A stretch of 63,193 nt of DNA, filler included, from Octopus bimaculoides (GCF_001194135.2; 4 parts of 4 records of this genome joined end to end with filler, not necessarily neighbours in it); one strand, 5' to 3'. Positions 15,238 to 29,564 are shown, numbered from the whole stretch's first letter. A program made the numbers and translations. The notes: generated from the letters alone by a model not told the origin.

Positions 15238-15483
15238 ATCCACTACCGTTTGTACCACGTGTACGTTCTGTTGATGATGTCTTCTCTTCTCTGGGCCTTA
15301 CTGTTTTCCTTTCTGACAAAGAGCTAGGTTATTTTTAATGTTTGATTATTTGGTTTGATTGTGTGTNNNNNNNNNNNNNNNNNNNNNNNNNNNNNNNNNN
15401 NNNNNNNNNNNNNNNNNNNNNNNNNNNNNNNNNNNNNNNNNNNNNNNNNNNNNNNNNNNNNNNNNNNNNNNNNNNNNNNNNNN

Positions 15484-15540
<57 letters not shown>

Positions 15541-15899
15541 GTATGAATGTATAGTAAAGCAGTGGTTGAAAAGCATTAGACTCAAAGCTAAGAATGAAGT
15601 AGTTTCGACTTCCGTTCTTTCCACCTGAAAACTCCAACAAATTAAAATACAAAAGGGAACGGCAGAATATGTGAAGACTTTTAAAAAATCAATTGTTTCT
15701 GGTACCCAAGAAAGAATATATACAGATACATACCAGTACTAAATATTTTGCATATGAGGAAACTGCTAGTATTACCAATGAGGAAAGGTAGTGCAAATAC
15801 GCATCACAAAATACTTCAGAGAATGGAAATCTTATCGTATATTCTGGAACATGCAGAGGTCTGACTGTCAGTAATATCTAGCATATAATATTATTATAA

Positions 15900-16030
15900 A
15901 TTACTGAGTTCAAATTCCACCGAGGTCGACTTTGCCTTTCATCCTTTCTGTGACGATAAAATAAGTACCAGTTGAGTATTGGGGTCGTGGTAATTGACTT
16001 ATCCCCTCAAATGAAATTGCTGGCCTTTGA
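15900..16030 (+). mobile_element. SINE family A fragment
   Basis: CTGAGTTCAAATTCCACCGAGGTCGACTTTGCCTTTCATCCTTTC. Confidence 0.8.
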
Positions 16031-16344
16031 AGTCAATGTTATTATAATTTATGCAGATATTATTGTCAATGGTTATCAGAAAGTAAGGATTCCTAATTTA
16101 TGTGTCAATTCCAATATGCAATGTATCAATTCGAACAGAAAGCAATACATCTCTAAAAGTCAAAGGGATGGAAGGAACTATCCAAATATTAAGGTCTGGA
16201 AATAGGGATAACTGGAATATGGAGACTGAAAGCACAAGAATCCTCATCATACTTGTTGCACAAACACTGTTACACTTAACATTACACACATACCCTATAC
16301 GAACACAAACACACACACACACACACACCTGTATACTTATATTC

Positions 16345-16548
16345 TTTATCTCTTACTTGCTTCAATCATTAGACTGTGGCCATGCTACAGCACCGCCTTG
16401 AAGAAATTTTAGTCAAATCAATCGCCCTCAGTACTTATTTTTTAAAGTCTGGTACTTGTTATATCGGTCTCATTTGACGAACCGCTAAGTTACGGGAAGG
16501 TAAACTCGCCAACACCGGTTCTCAAGCAGTGCTGAGGGACAGGCACAA

Positions 16549-16599
<51 letters not shown>

Positions 16600-16795
16600 C
16601 AAATACTCACATACACATATACATATATATCGATATATAGATATATATATATTTATATATACGACGGGATTATTTCAGTTTCCGCCTACCAAATCCACTT
16701 ACAAAGCTTTGGTCGGCGAGAGGTTGTAACAGTAATACACTTGCTCAAAGTGCCACGCAGTGGGACTGTACCTGGAATCGTGTGGTTAAGAGCAA
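16345..16795 (-). mobile_element. SINE family B
   Basis: Colinear with 22847-23245. Confidence 0.8.
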
Positions 16796-17329
16796 GACAC
16801 GGCGTATAATTCTTTGTATCCCATTGATGTTTGGAATGACAATTCTCATTGGTCTTTGAAAGACTTTGAAGACTAGAATGAATACACGGTCACAGACCCT
16901 AAAAATGTTGAACAGTCAGTAGTTATTGGAAGTGAAGAACGTGTGAAAGACAAAAGAAGAAAGGATGCGAGCGAGGAGAGAGTGCTTCGATTAGAGGTGG
17001 CATATGGCCTGCAAACGCTGCGGATCAAATGCAACTGTAATTGTAATACAAAGAGCAGAGCGATGAGACAGTACGAATACGAAACAGGCGACCATTCCTT
17101 GCGTGCAACCTAGAATGTCTGCGTATGGAGCAACTAAGTCATATGAGAGAGAGGTGCCTGCGTGACTATAGACCAAACACTAGAGTATGAATGGTGAAAG
17201 ATCAGATGGGTATTTCTTTTTCTACGTGGTCCAAGATGCCTGTATATGTAACGTCGACATTGCAGGTAGGCTTCACCCGGGCTTTGTAGTGTTTATACTT
17301 GTTAGTGGAATGAAACGTTTTTTAACCTT

Positions 17330-17860
17330 GAAGATATATATTCAGTCGTTGTAGTATAATTTTTCCTATACTGAACATGTGTATTTGTCCTGATAGTTCC
17401 TTAATGTGAAGCATATCCTTTGAAGTGATGGTGATGATTCTAGTTGCGTGTTCCTCATGTTCAAATGGCAGAGTAGGGTTTTCTTTCTTGATATTTGTAA
17501 AGGAGCTGTATCCCATTGCATGTCCCATTGAGCTTTGAATAGGGTCAATAGCTGTTGAGATGGCAATAAAGTACTTTGTAGTCCTTAAAAGGAAGGACAG
17601 TCTTCTTGCTATATCGAGCATATGCGTTACTCAGAAGCGATCTTTGAGAAAGACGAGGCCTATCCGTTATAGCGAATTTAAAGGTTTTATTATGGGTTGC
17701 TCATGTTTCTTGGAATGTGTAATAATTGTCCTAATATGTTGCGTACATTCAATATAATAAAAAAATACACAGAAATTCTACCCTGGATGTACCCCAGATA
17801 TATAGATCTGCCTTTGGACGAAGAGTGAATTAAAAACAATTAAATAAAACAGCACTGAAA
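17330..17860 (-). mobile_element. CR1/Jockey-like LINE fragment
   Basis: IARRLSFLLRTTKYF and SQQLLTLFKAQ resemble the post-RT motif of CR1-group LINEs. Confidence 0.5.
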
Positions 17861-19025
17861 TAACGATGACCTTGCAAAAGTAGTAGACGTCAGAGTTTCT
17901 ATTTCTTACCAAATATAGGGCATTCATGCTTTATTAGAAAGACACCAATATTTAATTGTAATGTGTTATTGATGTCTCTGTCCTCACTGTCTCTCTGTCT
18001 GTGTCTCTCTCCAAGTTTGTGTGTGTGTGTGTTTATATGTGTGTGTGTGTATCTATCTATCTATATATATAAATGTATATACATACATATGAGTGCGCGC
18101 GTGCGTAAGTGTAATGAATACATAAGGATCCAGCTGTTGTAAGATAAACATATGTGGAAAATAAAACTCAATCGGATTGAAGAACAATTAGATTTTAAAG
18201 TAGTGTCATATTCAACTTGAAGACAGTAAAGTAACAATTAGTTCATGTTATGTTATTAATTATAATGAATATAAAGGTGCTGAAACCGGCAAAATATGAT
18301 ATAATAAATATTAGTAATAATAATAATAATAATAATAATAATGGGGTCGCGTGTCTATAGGAGAAAGGATTATTATTGCTGTTGTTAATGTATTCATTTA
18401 ATGCTGACATCTCGTCAAACGAAAGAAAGACTTTCTCCAAGTTAGCTCGATGTTTTACAAGTTTAACTGAAAGGAGAAATTTTTATTTTGGATATTATTT
18501 CACATTGGAACCTTTATTGAAAGGTCTAAAAGTCAGTGAAGTAAGACAAGATGATCGGGGTTTTTACTTGTTAATAGTTTTAATTATTATTCTATTGGTC
18601 AATTGTAAGGCGAAAGTGAATTATTCGTCTTAGAATTTGCTTCTTGTAAAGATTACAGCAATCAAATCGAAAACAACCGCTGATCAAAAGAAGACAAATT
18701 ACGAAAAAAATTATTAACGTAAATAAATGGCAGAAAATGGAAAATTAATAACACCCCAAACAAAACAAAAGAACGGCAAAATAGTCAACTTATTTGAGAA
18801 CAAAACAGCAATAGTAAAGATGAATAAGCGAAAGGCTGCCTTTCATAAACATCGTTTCTTTTCCCCAAAGCAAAAGGACTCTGATTATGGAGCATTGTGT
18901 TGAAAGATCGAAAGCTTAGCAGCATTTTGTACTTTTCGGAGTGCATAAAATAAGTAACTGTTCGGCCCTAGGGTCGATGTAATCGAATCCCACACTTCAG
19001 AATTACAGCCTTCATGCCAATAGAA

Positions 19026-19104
<79 letters not shown>

Positions 19105-19764
19105 GAGTGAGAGAGCGGTGTATGCCATCAAAGTAACACTGGAGTAAAATATACGAAGCCGAATAAATTGCTTAGCAGCATTTAGTTCGTTTTTACGTTC
19201 TGAGTTCAAATTGCATATATATATATAGGCGGTGCTGCAGTATGACCCCACTCTCTGGCTGAAACCAATATCAATATATACATATTCAGTGCTGTTGTAT
19301 ATGACACCAGTACTGAGCAACAGTCGAAGAGTGGATCTTTGGCTAAGCTTGTGGCGTATTCCTGGCAAATAACATTTTCTGGATTTTCTACACGCAAACT
19401 GATTCCAGAATAAAACTGTACGTTCATCAAAAAGATTACGAGGAACACATTGTAAAACGGAAACTGCCAATCGCTGACAAGATAATCGATTATACTATCT
19501 CATCGACCGTTGACAATTACTCTTTGTGGATAATCAAAGGGTATTCGCATTGATAAATATTTGTTACTCTTACGTAGTAATTCTGTATATGGAATTAATC
19601 TTATAGGATTTTAAAATAGGTGGGAGACAGAGTTCAAAGGTTAGAAATATGAGGTATTTTACGGTTTAGACTTAGTACAAGTGTTAATGTTCTAAGTTCA
19701 AATCAGCTCTGATCAAAACACTTCACGCCAAACCGTTAGTCTACGATGAGAAGAAATGATAATA

Positions 19765-19990
19765 ATAATAATCCTTTCTACTACAAGCTCAAGGTCTGAC
19801 TTTTTTGGTGGGTGGGGGTTAGTCGATTACATCGACCCCAGTGTTTCACTGGTGCTTAACTTATCGACACCGAAAGGATGAAAGGCAAAGTCGACCTCGG
19901 TGGAATTTGAACTCAGAACGTAAGGGCGGACAAAATGCCACTAAGCATTTTGTCCGATGTGCTCACGATTCTGCGAGCTCATCACCTTTC
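19765..19990 (-). mobile_element. SINE family A
   Basis: Near-consensus copy with an (ATT)n tail. Confidence 0.85.
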
Positions 19991-21993
19991 TCTAGCCATT
20001 AATATTAAAATCCCGAAATCCCTCCATTTTTTTTCTATCAGAGCGAACTCTTTCGAAGTAGTCCTTCACATTTGCAAGTTTTATGGCATTATCATTGATA
20101 AAAGTTGATTTTACGTAACAAGCAAATAGTCATTCTTTCATTGACGAATATTGCTGGCACTTTTTATTATCGGTAAGTTACTAGTATGGGTGCTAAATTA
20201 TGAGAATAAATAGAGTGAATTTCAAACTGCCAGACAACTGAATCCACTGTAAATGATCAATAAATGCATGCTAGTATTGAATGTCCCTATTGCGATGTCT
20301 TAATGAAAAGTTTGTACTTGTCCTTAATTGGCCTGCTAATTGGCCAGGAAGTGTTCATGCTTACTAGGTGTATACCAGTGGTATGGTATCTGACAAGGTA
20401 TTTTGCATTTTCATGTTGTATTTCAGATGGACCTTTTCAAATCAGATTTTATACGTGTTTTAAATATCTTGCTAATTAATCAGCGTCTATAATGTTCAAA
20501 ATAGTTTCAGGTGTTTAATACCTGGGAATTATACAGATCAATTTGTTGACCCCCTCTGCTTCAGATTTTCATTTGTCCCTATTAACATAAGTAAGTGGTC
20601 TGGGTTTACGTAGCAAGAGAATGCATAAAACCCTCGAAATATTGAGGTTTTTCCCAAACAAAATTGAAGCAAATTGATTTGCATATTCTAAATGCAGTCG
20701 GCTAGTGATACAACAAACATTTGTAAAACATTCTCAAACATTTCCCCAACTGCGGATCTTGGAATGAATACATGCACACGATCATATGTACACGTGGAAA
20801 ATGCACATACACACACATAACCAAACATACTCACATACACAGTAATGAAACAGTAATGCACATCCACTGCATAAGGGCAAATCTACCTGCACCCACTCCT
20901 ATATGAACACTCTAACCACTTCACGTATTCACAAATCCAAGAGCAAGCTGCACTTAAACAAAACTGCCTTGTCACTTTGTTAGCAAACGGCTTAAATTCT
21001 GTAGAGATAAAAACTTAAATAAATATTAAGAAAAACATAAATATATACCTAAAAGATATCTAAGCAAACATACGTGTAGCGTATCTAGTAAGTCTTTCTC
21101 TGTGCACACGTTGTCAGTTCCAGACTAAAAGCTGCACAGTTAGCATTACGTAAGAAAAAATGCAAGCAAGCAAGCGTCACAGCGAATCATTGCAGAAATG
21201 TGTGAAGGATATATGTAATGATGTTAGGTTCGCGCGTGAGAATATATGTTACTACTCTATATTGCAAATGCACAATTTATAAAAGTATATATGCGTTTTT
21301 CTGTACATACACACACACAAACACACACACAGACACACACACAAACACACACACAAACACACACACAGAAACACACACACACAAATGCGCACACACAAAT
21401 ACACACACACACACACATATAGACACTGCATTTTGTAAGAAGCATTAAGGCAACCTTAAGCATCAAGAGATAGTGGTTATGCAACCAACGAAACGGAATC
21501 ACTCGACCAACACGTATTGGTCTCCACCAAATCACACCTAAACGTTTAAATTAAACGGGATCCACTATATCTAAAAGGAAAAGGGAAAGAGACAGATGGT
21601 CACGGATGGCTCACCAATGATCATATGTCTGATAAAGGAAACGGTAAAATTTATGTATGCGCACAATATAAGAACTGACACGAAGCATACAAGTTCAAGC
21701 TTCTTTACCTTCAACTTTTTCTTTTGCCTTCATGTTAATGCTTAACAGGAAATATTTCCATATGTAATATATATTGTTCTAATGTCTTTGCAGGCATTCG
21801 AAACGCGGAGTAGATGGAACAGGGACAACTGAAGAAGGGAAATATTCTTTATGTTGCATGTCTCGTTTCTCTGTTTGTTTGTTTTTGTTTGTTTTTTCCA
21901 ATACTTATAATAAGTATGAAAACTTCGGAAGTATCATAAAGAGAAGAATTGCTTCAATTCATATTTCAAGACTGTGTGTGAATTATTATATAA

Positions 21994-22162
21994 GCGTGGA
22001 CGCATAGCCTAGTGGTTAACATGTTGCAATTCCTAGACCGGGTAGCGCGTCGTGTTCGTGAGCAAAACACTTCGTCTCACTTTGCTCTCCAGTCATTTCG
22101 ACATCTGACGCGTAGTGCACCGTGCACCTTATTCAGGCAACATCGATTTGATGGAAGGAGTA
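21994..22162 (+). mobile_element. tRNA-derived SINE family D (related copy at 39520-39700)
   Basis: A-box-like TAGCCTAGTGG and the shared GTTC(G/T)TGAGCAAA...CACTTC segment. Confidence 0.55.
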
Positions 22163-22184
22163 CAACACGCACATTTTACTCCCT

Positions 22185-23245
22185 TTAATTCTTTTACTCT
22201 TTTACTTGTTTCAGTCATTTTGATTGTGGCCATGCTGGAGTACCGCTTTTTAGTCGAGCAAATGGACTCCGGGACTTATACTTTGTAAGCCTAGTACATA
22301 TTCTATCGGTCTCTTTTGCCGAACCGCTAAGTTACGCGGACATAAACACACCAGCATCGGTTGTCAAGTGATGTTGTGGGGGTACAAACACAGACAAAAA
22401 AAAATACAGACACACACACATACATATATACGACGGGCTTCTTTTAGTTTCCGTCTACCAAATCCACTCACAAGGCATTGCTCGGCCCGAGGCTATAGTA
22501 GAAGACATTTACCCAAGGTGCCACGCAGTGGGACTGAACCCGGAACCATGTGGTTGGTAAGCAAGCTACTTACCACACAACCGCTGCTAAGCCTATTTTG
22601 ATTACTAGAAACAAATAATTTATGAAGGTCATTCAGCAAAGGCTGAACACTCATGCGACGTCTTCGGCGGGAAAGTTCATCACGTATACATGTATATGTC
22701 TGTCTGTCTGTCTGTATGTATGTATGTATGTATGTATGTATGTATGCATGTATGTATGTATGTGATTGTACATAAAATTGATACACACATACAGAGCACA
22801 CACACACATACAAAATATACATATATACATAGATATGTAAATATCTCTTTTACTCTTTTACTTGTTTCAGTCTTTTGACTGTGGCCATGCTGGAGCACCG
22901 CCTTTAGTCGAGCAAATCGACCCCAGGACTTATTCTTTGGAAGCCTAGTACTTATTCTTTCGGTCTCTTTTGCCGAACCGCTAAGTTACAGGGACATAAA
23001 CACACCAGCATCGGTTGTCAAGCGATGTTGGGGGGACAAACACAGACATACAAACACATACACACATACATATATATATACATATATAGGACAGGCTTCT
23101 TTCAGTTTCCGTCTACCAAATCCACTCACAAGGCAGTGGTCGGCCCGAGGCTATAGTAGAAGACACTTGCCCAAGATGCCACGCAGTGGGACTGAACCCG
23201 GGTCCATGTGGTTGGTAAGCAAGCTACTTACCACACAGCCACTCC
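22185..23245 (-). mobile_element. Two tandem SINE family B copies (22185-22582, 22847-23245)
   Basis: Minus head GGAGTGGCTGTGTGGTAAG, B box GGTTCAGTCCC and CORE-like CTTGGG(C/T)AA; the two copies are highly similar. Confidence 0.9.
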
Positions 23246-23882
23246 ATACAATATGTATATATGTAAAAGTTATAAGGATAGAAATCAACGAATGCTTAAT
23301 ATGAGTGTTTGATGTAGATTTTGTTATGATTCTCGCTATGGTAGATGCGCCATATGAATGCATATATTTATAATTAAGCAGCGGAATAAAAACTTTGTTT
23401 CCCGTAACAGAGATGGACAAAATTACAATGCATCTAATCTCGGCTCTCTTCTCACTCTCTCTATCTATCTGGCTCTCTCTCTCTCTCTCTCTCTCTCNNN
23501 NNNNNNNNNNNNNNNNNNNNNNNNNNNNNNNNNNNNNNNNNNNNNNNNNNNNNNNNNNNNNNNNNNNNNNNNNNNNNNNNNNNNNNNNNNNNNNNNNATT
23601 TATATACAGATCCAGTTCCGACAAAGATGTGTATGTGCGTGTGTTGTGTGTTTTTGTTTGCGTATGTGGTGTGTGTTTTTGTTTGCGTATGTGGTGTGTG
23701 TTTGTGCATACATATACCTATATCTATAGTGAGAGTTTACAAATAATAAAAGACGAAGATGGGTGTGTAAACAACAAACGGATGTATTAGTTTAACATCT
23801 ATATATATATATACACAAGAGTATATCCCCAAGCATAAACGTAAGTATATATATATAGAGAGATAGATATATATATATACGT

Positions 23883-24160
23883 TTCTTTTATTAGCCACAC
23901 AGGGCTCAACGAAGATGGGACAAATACAATGTAGAGCTTTTCTTTTTGGGAGGGGGAAGGAAGGAAAAAAAAAAAAAAAAAATGGTGGTGTCGATCAAAA
24001 GGGATCGTAGGAAGGGAAAAAGGGGCAGTTCGATCAAAAGGGATCGAAAAAAAAAGAAAAGGAAAGGCCGATCAATAGGGATCGTGTATCACACAGTAAT
24101 GTTCTCGTGTGAAAAGAGGGGAGGACAGTTTAGGTTTAGCCGTGGAAGGAAAAGCCCAGA
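23883..24160 (-). mobile_element. Probable LINE 3' tail repeat containing three CGATCAA(A/T)AGGGATCG motifs
   Basis: Minus-strand AATAAAGAAA end and a triplicated motif; family uncertain. Confidence 0.3.
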
Positions 24161-24225
24161 TATATATATATATAGATATATAAATATATAGATATATATA
24201 ATTATATATAAATATATATGCATAT

Positions 24226-24897
24226 NNNNNNNNNNNNNNNNNNNNNNNNNNNNNNNNNNNNNNNNNNNNNNNNNNNNNNNNNNNNNNNNNNNNNNNNNNN
24301 NNNNNNNNNNNNNNNNNNNNNNNNNNNNNNNNNNNNNNNNNNNNNNNNNNNNNNNNNNNNNNNNNNNNNNNNNNNNNNNNNNNNNNNNNNNNNNNNNNNN
24401 NNNNNNNNNNNNNNNNNNNNNNNNNNNNNNNNNNNNNNNNNNNNNNNNNNNNNNNNNNNNNNNNNNNNNNNNNNNNNNNNNNNNNNNNNNNNNNNNNNNN
24501 NNNNNNNNNNNNNNNNNNNNNNNNNNNNNNNNNNNNNNNNNNNNNNNNNNNNNNNNNNNNNNNNNNNNNNNNNNNNNNNNNNNNNNNNNNNNNNNNNNNN
24601 NNNNNNNNNNNNNNNNNNNNNNNNNNNNNNNNNNNNNNNNNNNNNNNNNNNNNNNNNNNNNNNNNNNNNNNNNNNNNNNNNNNNNNNNNNNNNNNNNNNN
24701 NNNNNNNNNNNNNNNNNNNNNNNNNNNNNNNNNNNNNNNNNNNNNNNNNNNNNNNNNNNNNNNNNNNNNNNNNNNNNNNNNNNNNNNNNNNNNNNNNNNN
24801 NNNNNNNNNNNNNNNNNNNNNNNNNNNNNNNNNNNNNNNNNNNNNNNNNNNNNNNNNNNNNNNNNNNNNNNNNNNNNNNNNNNNNNNNNNNNNNNNN
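24226..24897. other. Assembly gap (one of more than 20 N-runs; the largest is 59564-60380)
   Basis: Runs of N, mostly bounded by microsatellites. Confidence 0.99.
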
Positions 24898-24943
<46 letters not shown>

Positions 24944-25317
24944 TGTGTCTGTGTGTGTGTGTGCATATATATATATATATATAGATAGATAGATAGATAT
25001 ACACACATACATACATATATATACGTGCCTTCACACATGTATTATCTACACATATTTATGATATATACAGGGACTACAGACAATATATGCGTGAGCCTCT
25101 GAGCGCGTGTGCGCGTCAGAATGTATCCCTGCGTGCGCGTGTCTGAGTATGCGTGTGTCTGTGCGATTGCGCATCTGTGCATGAACGTGTCTAGTGTCAG
25201 AAATGCGTATTTCTGTCTAAGTTTACGTGTGACCATGTGTGTTAATGCGTTTAAAGCGTGCTTATATATATATATACGCATACACACACTTTTCACGCCC
25301 TAAACAAATGTGCTTAC

Positions 25318-25391
<74 letters not shown>

Positions 25392-25533
25392 ATATATATA
25401 TGTGTAAATATGTATATATATATATATATATNNNNNNNNNNNNNNNNNNNNNNNNNNNNNNNNNNNNNNNNNNNNTTAATTAATTAANNNNNNNNNNNNN
25501 NNNNNNNNNNNNNNNNNNNNNNNNNNNNNNNTA

Positions 25534-25566
<33 letters not shown>

Positions 25567-26690
25567 ATATATATATATATCTTTAAATATAATATGTGAC
25601 AATTATTCGGTAGCCATGATAAAAGTCCGAGTTTCGGATGTCGGGGCAGAAATCTGCTCCGGCATCTCTTCAGTTATCGGGCCATCAAAAAATGCTATGA
25701 AAATGACCGTTAAACAAAGGGAAATTACTGTGTGATTGACCCTTATTAAGTCAAAAGAGTTATTAGAATGACTGTTAGATAAGGGGAGCGAATAAAAAGT
25801 AAAGGTGTAAAAATGCTCATAGCGATCGCGTAAGCGCGCATGTCCATACATACACATGAATTTCTCATCTCTAGAACAGTAATAACTCTGTATTGAATTT
25901 TGAATATGAACTGCGCGTGTGTAAAATTGAAAATTGAATCGGATATAAATAAATATTTTTGATAATAAATAATAAATTTATTTTGATAATGTATAAATAC
26001 TTTTGGTAATAATATTTTCGATAATAATACTTTTGAAGAATGCTTGATTCATGCAATTATCTCCGAGATACCCAATAGTAAATTTCAGTTTTGTTTCGTC
26101 TCAAGGGTCTATCCGACTGAGCGTTCTCTCAGTGACCACCTCGTTTTTTTTTTGACTAGCCAGAATTATATCTTCACGATCTCCATTCGTTTTTAGGATG
26201 ATAGCGTGTGATTTGAGGGAGGTTTGGCTGATATTTCTTGCAGGTTAAGAGTCTCCACGTAGGCTTCGGCAATGAAACGGAGAGGGACATAAACATCACA
26301 TCTCCTCATTTCAGATCGGCTCTAAACTTGCGACCCCGGTCGGGTGGGATGATGCGGGCGGAGGGGTTGGGTGGTTGGTTTTTTTATATGGAACACAAAG
26401 TAACGGTGATTCATTCGAGGTTTTGTGCTTCTTACACAGTTTGTCAGGTTTAGTTTCGGCTCGTTTCGTTCTGGGGTTGGTTGTTGGCAGGTCATACATA
26501 AATAACAGAGAAAGAGAGAGGTGAGGGGTGGGGGTGGAAGAAGGACAAACAAAGAGAGAAGGGAAGAACCAGAGAAAGAGGAGTGCGAATTGAGACATTA
26601 AGAGCGAAGGAGCGGTTCAAGATCTGTATTAAGCTGTGACAATCATGACTTGCCTGGCTAAGCTCTTTTGTCATATTCACATTGTATGGA

Positions 26691-26731
<41 letters not shown>

Positions 26732-27020
26732 TGTAGGATGGAATGACGCATATGTATGCACCAGACACGCACTTATCTCTCCACACGCTCTCGTACACAC
26801 GCATAAATATTCATGTACTAAACCGACTGACACTTGCATGCATATGGATATATGCATATGTATGTATGCACGTATGTATGTATGTATGTATGTATGTGTG
26901 TGTATGTATGTATGTATGTGCGCGTGTGTGTGTATGCTTATACACATTTGTACAATATACATACACGTGTCTATATACATTCATGCAAATATATCCACAC
27001 ATGGAAATATAAATGTATAC

Positions 27021-27054
<34 letters not shown>

Positions 27055-27297
27055 ATACTCTAGCCATTTATGTTTTTTACAGACGATATATATACATGCA
27101 TGTATATATATACACACACTTATATGAATGTAATAGCACATACACATACATATATGCTTGTAGTAGACACACACACGCACACGTACTTTTATATATGTAT
27201 GCACATACGTTTGTACGTATGCTTATACACATATATACGTACATGTGCGTATATGGATTTAGGCAAATATATTCACACGTGGAAATATAAATCTGTG

Positions 27298-27330
<33 letters not shown>

Positions 27331-28366
27331 TCATATAAATGTAATAATACTTACACATACATATATGCGTGTAGCACACATACAAATTCACACACACCTA
27401 CGCGCGCGCGTACGTTTACCTATGTATTTTGTGTCTGTATGTGTACGTACTGTATGTAACCGTAAGCAGGACAATGTCCTCTCACTTGTTGAATCACAGA
27501 ACCCAACGCACCGCTCCTGTTGGTGTTTACTTCTGCTTCAGATCAACATCTTTTACTTTACATTGACTCAGTTCAGCAAATTACCAGGAATAGGTGCCAC
27601 CGCATCAATCTCGCTGGCTTTCATACCACAGGGCTCTTAACTGTCAGTAACGGGGACTGCATCAACTTTGTTCAGTCTTTATTCATTGTCCACGTAGCTG
27701 TCAGTGATAAAAGCCCACGCCAATCTCGATCACTCTCAGACCACACTCTGCGTAGTTTGTACCAAGAGCTACTCTATCGATCTGTTCCAGTTTCATCCCA
27801 CAGTCTATTAATTACTTCAAATAGCTGCCAATAATAGGTAGAAGATCAATCTAATTCAGCTTCAGATCGGAGTTCATCGATCTGTTTTCCAAGTTTCCAG
27901 AAATAGATAGCATATTAGTCTGTTTCAGTCTCAAACCACAGTTCAAGAAAAGGTAGGAGACAAGACGGGTCCAACTTAGGACCCAAGTCCACCGACCAGT
28001 TCACCCAGCTACCAATAGTAAGTAGCAGCAGATCAATCTGGTTCAACCTTGAGTCCCAGTTCATCGATCGTATTGCTAGAAAGTGATGTTAATCAATTAA
28101 AACCAGTGGCTTAGCATATTTAAAAATCAAATCAATCTGCTTCAGTCTTAGATATAGCTGACCAAACCACCTAGTCCTCACTGTACCCGATCAATATGCG
28201 GACCATGATACCCGGATCAGTTTATTTGGTTGTTCATAATACATATCAGTTCAACGCAGTTTAGCTTTGCGTCATAATCTGCCAGGGATTTCACATTAGG
28301 CAAATTGGGACATGAATATACATAATACAGAAATGAAGTTTTTCTTAATAGAAATTCTTAATTTTA

Positions 28367-28572
28367 AGGCGGCGAGCTGGCAGAATCGTTAGCGCGCCGG
28401 GCAAAATGCTTAGCGGTATTTCGTCTGCCGTTACATTCTGAGTTCAATTTCTGCCGAGGTCGACTTTGCCTTTCATCCTTTCGGGGTCGATTAAAAAAGT
28501 ACCAGTTACGCACTGGGGTTGATGTAATCGACTTAATCCCTTTATTGCCCCCCCGTGGGCAATAAAGAAATA
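28367..28572 (+). mobile_element. SINE family A
   Basis: GGCGGCGAGCTGGCAGAATCGTTAGC head, B box GAGTTCAATTTC, core and tail. Confidence 0.9.
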
Positions 28573-29236
28573 ATTATTATAAGGCATGGTAGGAAATCGA
28601 TTTTCCACCATGTGTAATATTAAAAAAAAAAAATTATGGCAGGGTACATAAATGGAAAGATGATTCTTACCCTTTCATATTCGTTGGGTGGTTTTGAAGA
28701 AAAAAAGTGGTTTTAATTTACTCATGACAATTGTACAAATATAAACTTGTGGTTTTAAATGTAGCTTCCGTCAGTCAGTTCCGTATATTGATAATCGAAT
28801 GAAGAAAGTAGCTACCGATTCAATGTATGGGTCTTAGCATCCGACATTGAGTGGGTGTATATAGTTGTGAAAGTGTTAATCTTGTACAACGACCTCTTTC
28901 GTGGTACATTTGTAGTCCGGTGGATTCTTAGCTCGTGTGCATTTTGTAGAATAATGTGGTTGCAGTAACCTAACTGGGAGATGTGAATTGCTGATGATGA
29001 GATTTAGCAATTGACTTCGATATCTGGTTTGGCCTTATATCGCAGTCGATCAGTCGATCGGTCGTTTCGGGCTGTTTTGATTATGAGTTTCACTTGATTG
29101 CTCTTGTATAAATAACAGTGATATATTTAAACTCATCAATCACAAAGCACTCTCCAGCCACGTTATGCATGCATACATACATACATACATACATAGCTAT
29201 CTACTCTTAATTGCATGTGTGTGTGTGTGTGTGTGC

Positions 29237-29271
<35 letters not shown>

Positions 29272-29457
29272 TACACATATATAAAGAAAGGGAGACAGGG
29301 AGAGAGTGAGATAAAGAGATACACACAGACTTACACACAAATATATTTACATTTACACACATTCTAAGCAAGGTAGATTAGTCTCATCCGAGTTTTGATC
29401 ATTGGACCTCTCGTACTCTATTCGTTAACCATATGCATACATACATACATACATACA

Positions 29458-29489
<32 letters not shown>

Positions 29490-29499
29490 CAAAAATTTA

Positions 29500-29540
<41 letters not shown>

Positions 29541-29564
29541 TGTGTGCATGTATATGTGTGTCTG

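Noticed and set aside
25476-25487. TTAATTAATTAA islands inside N-runs (also 44896-44907 and 52745-52756)
   Set aside because: An identical 12-mer flanked by Ns on both sides three times is a scaffolding or linker artefact, not biology.
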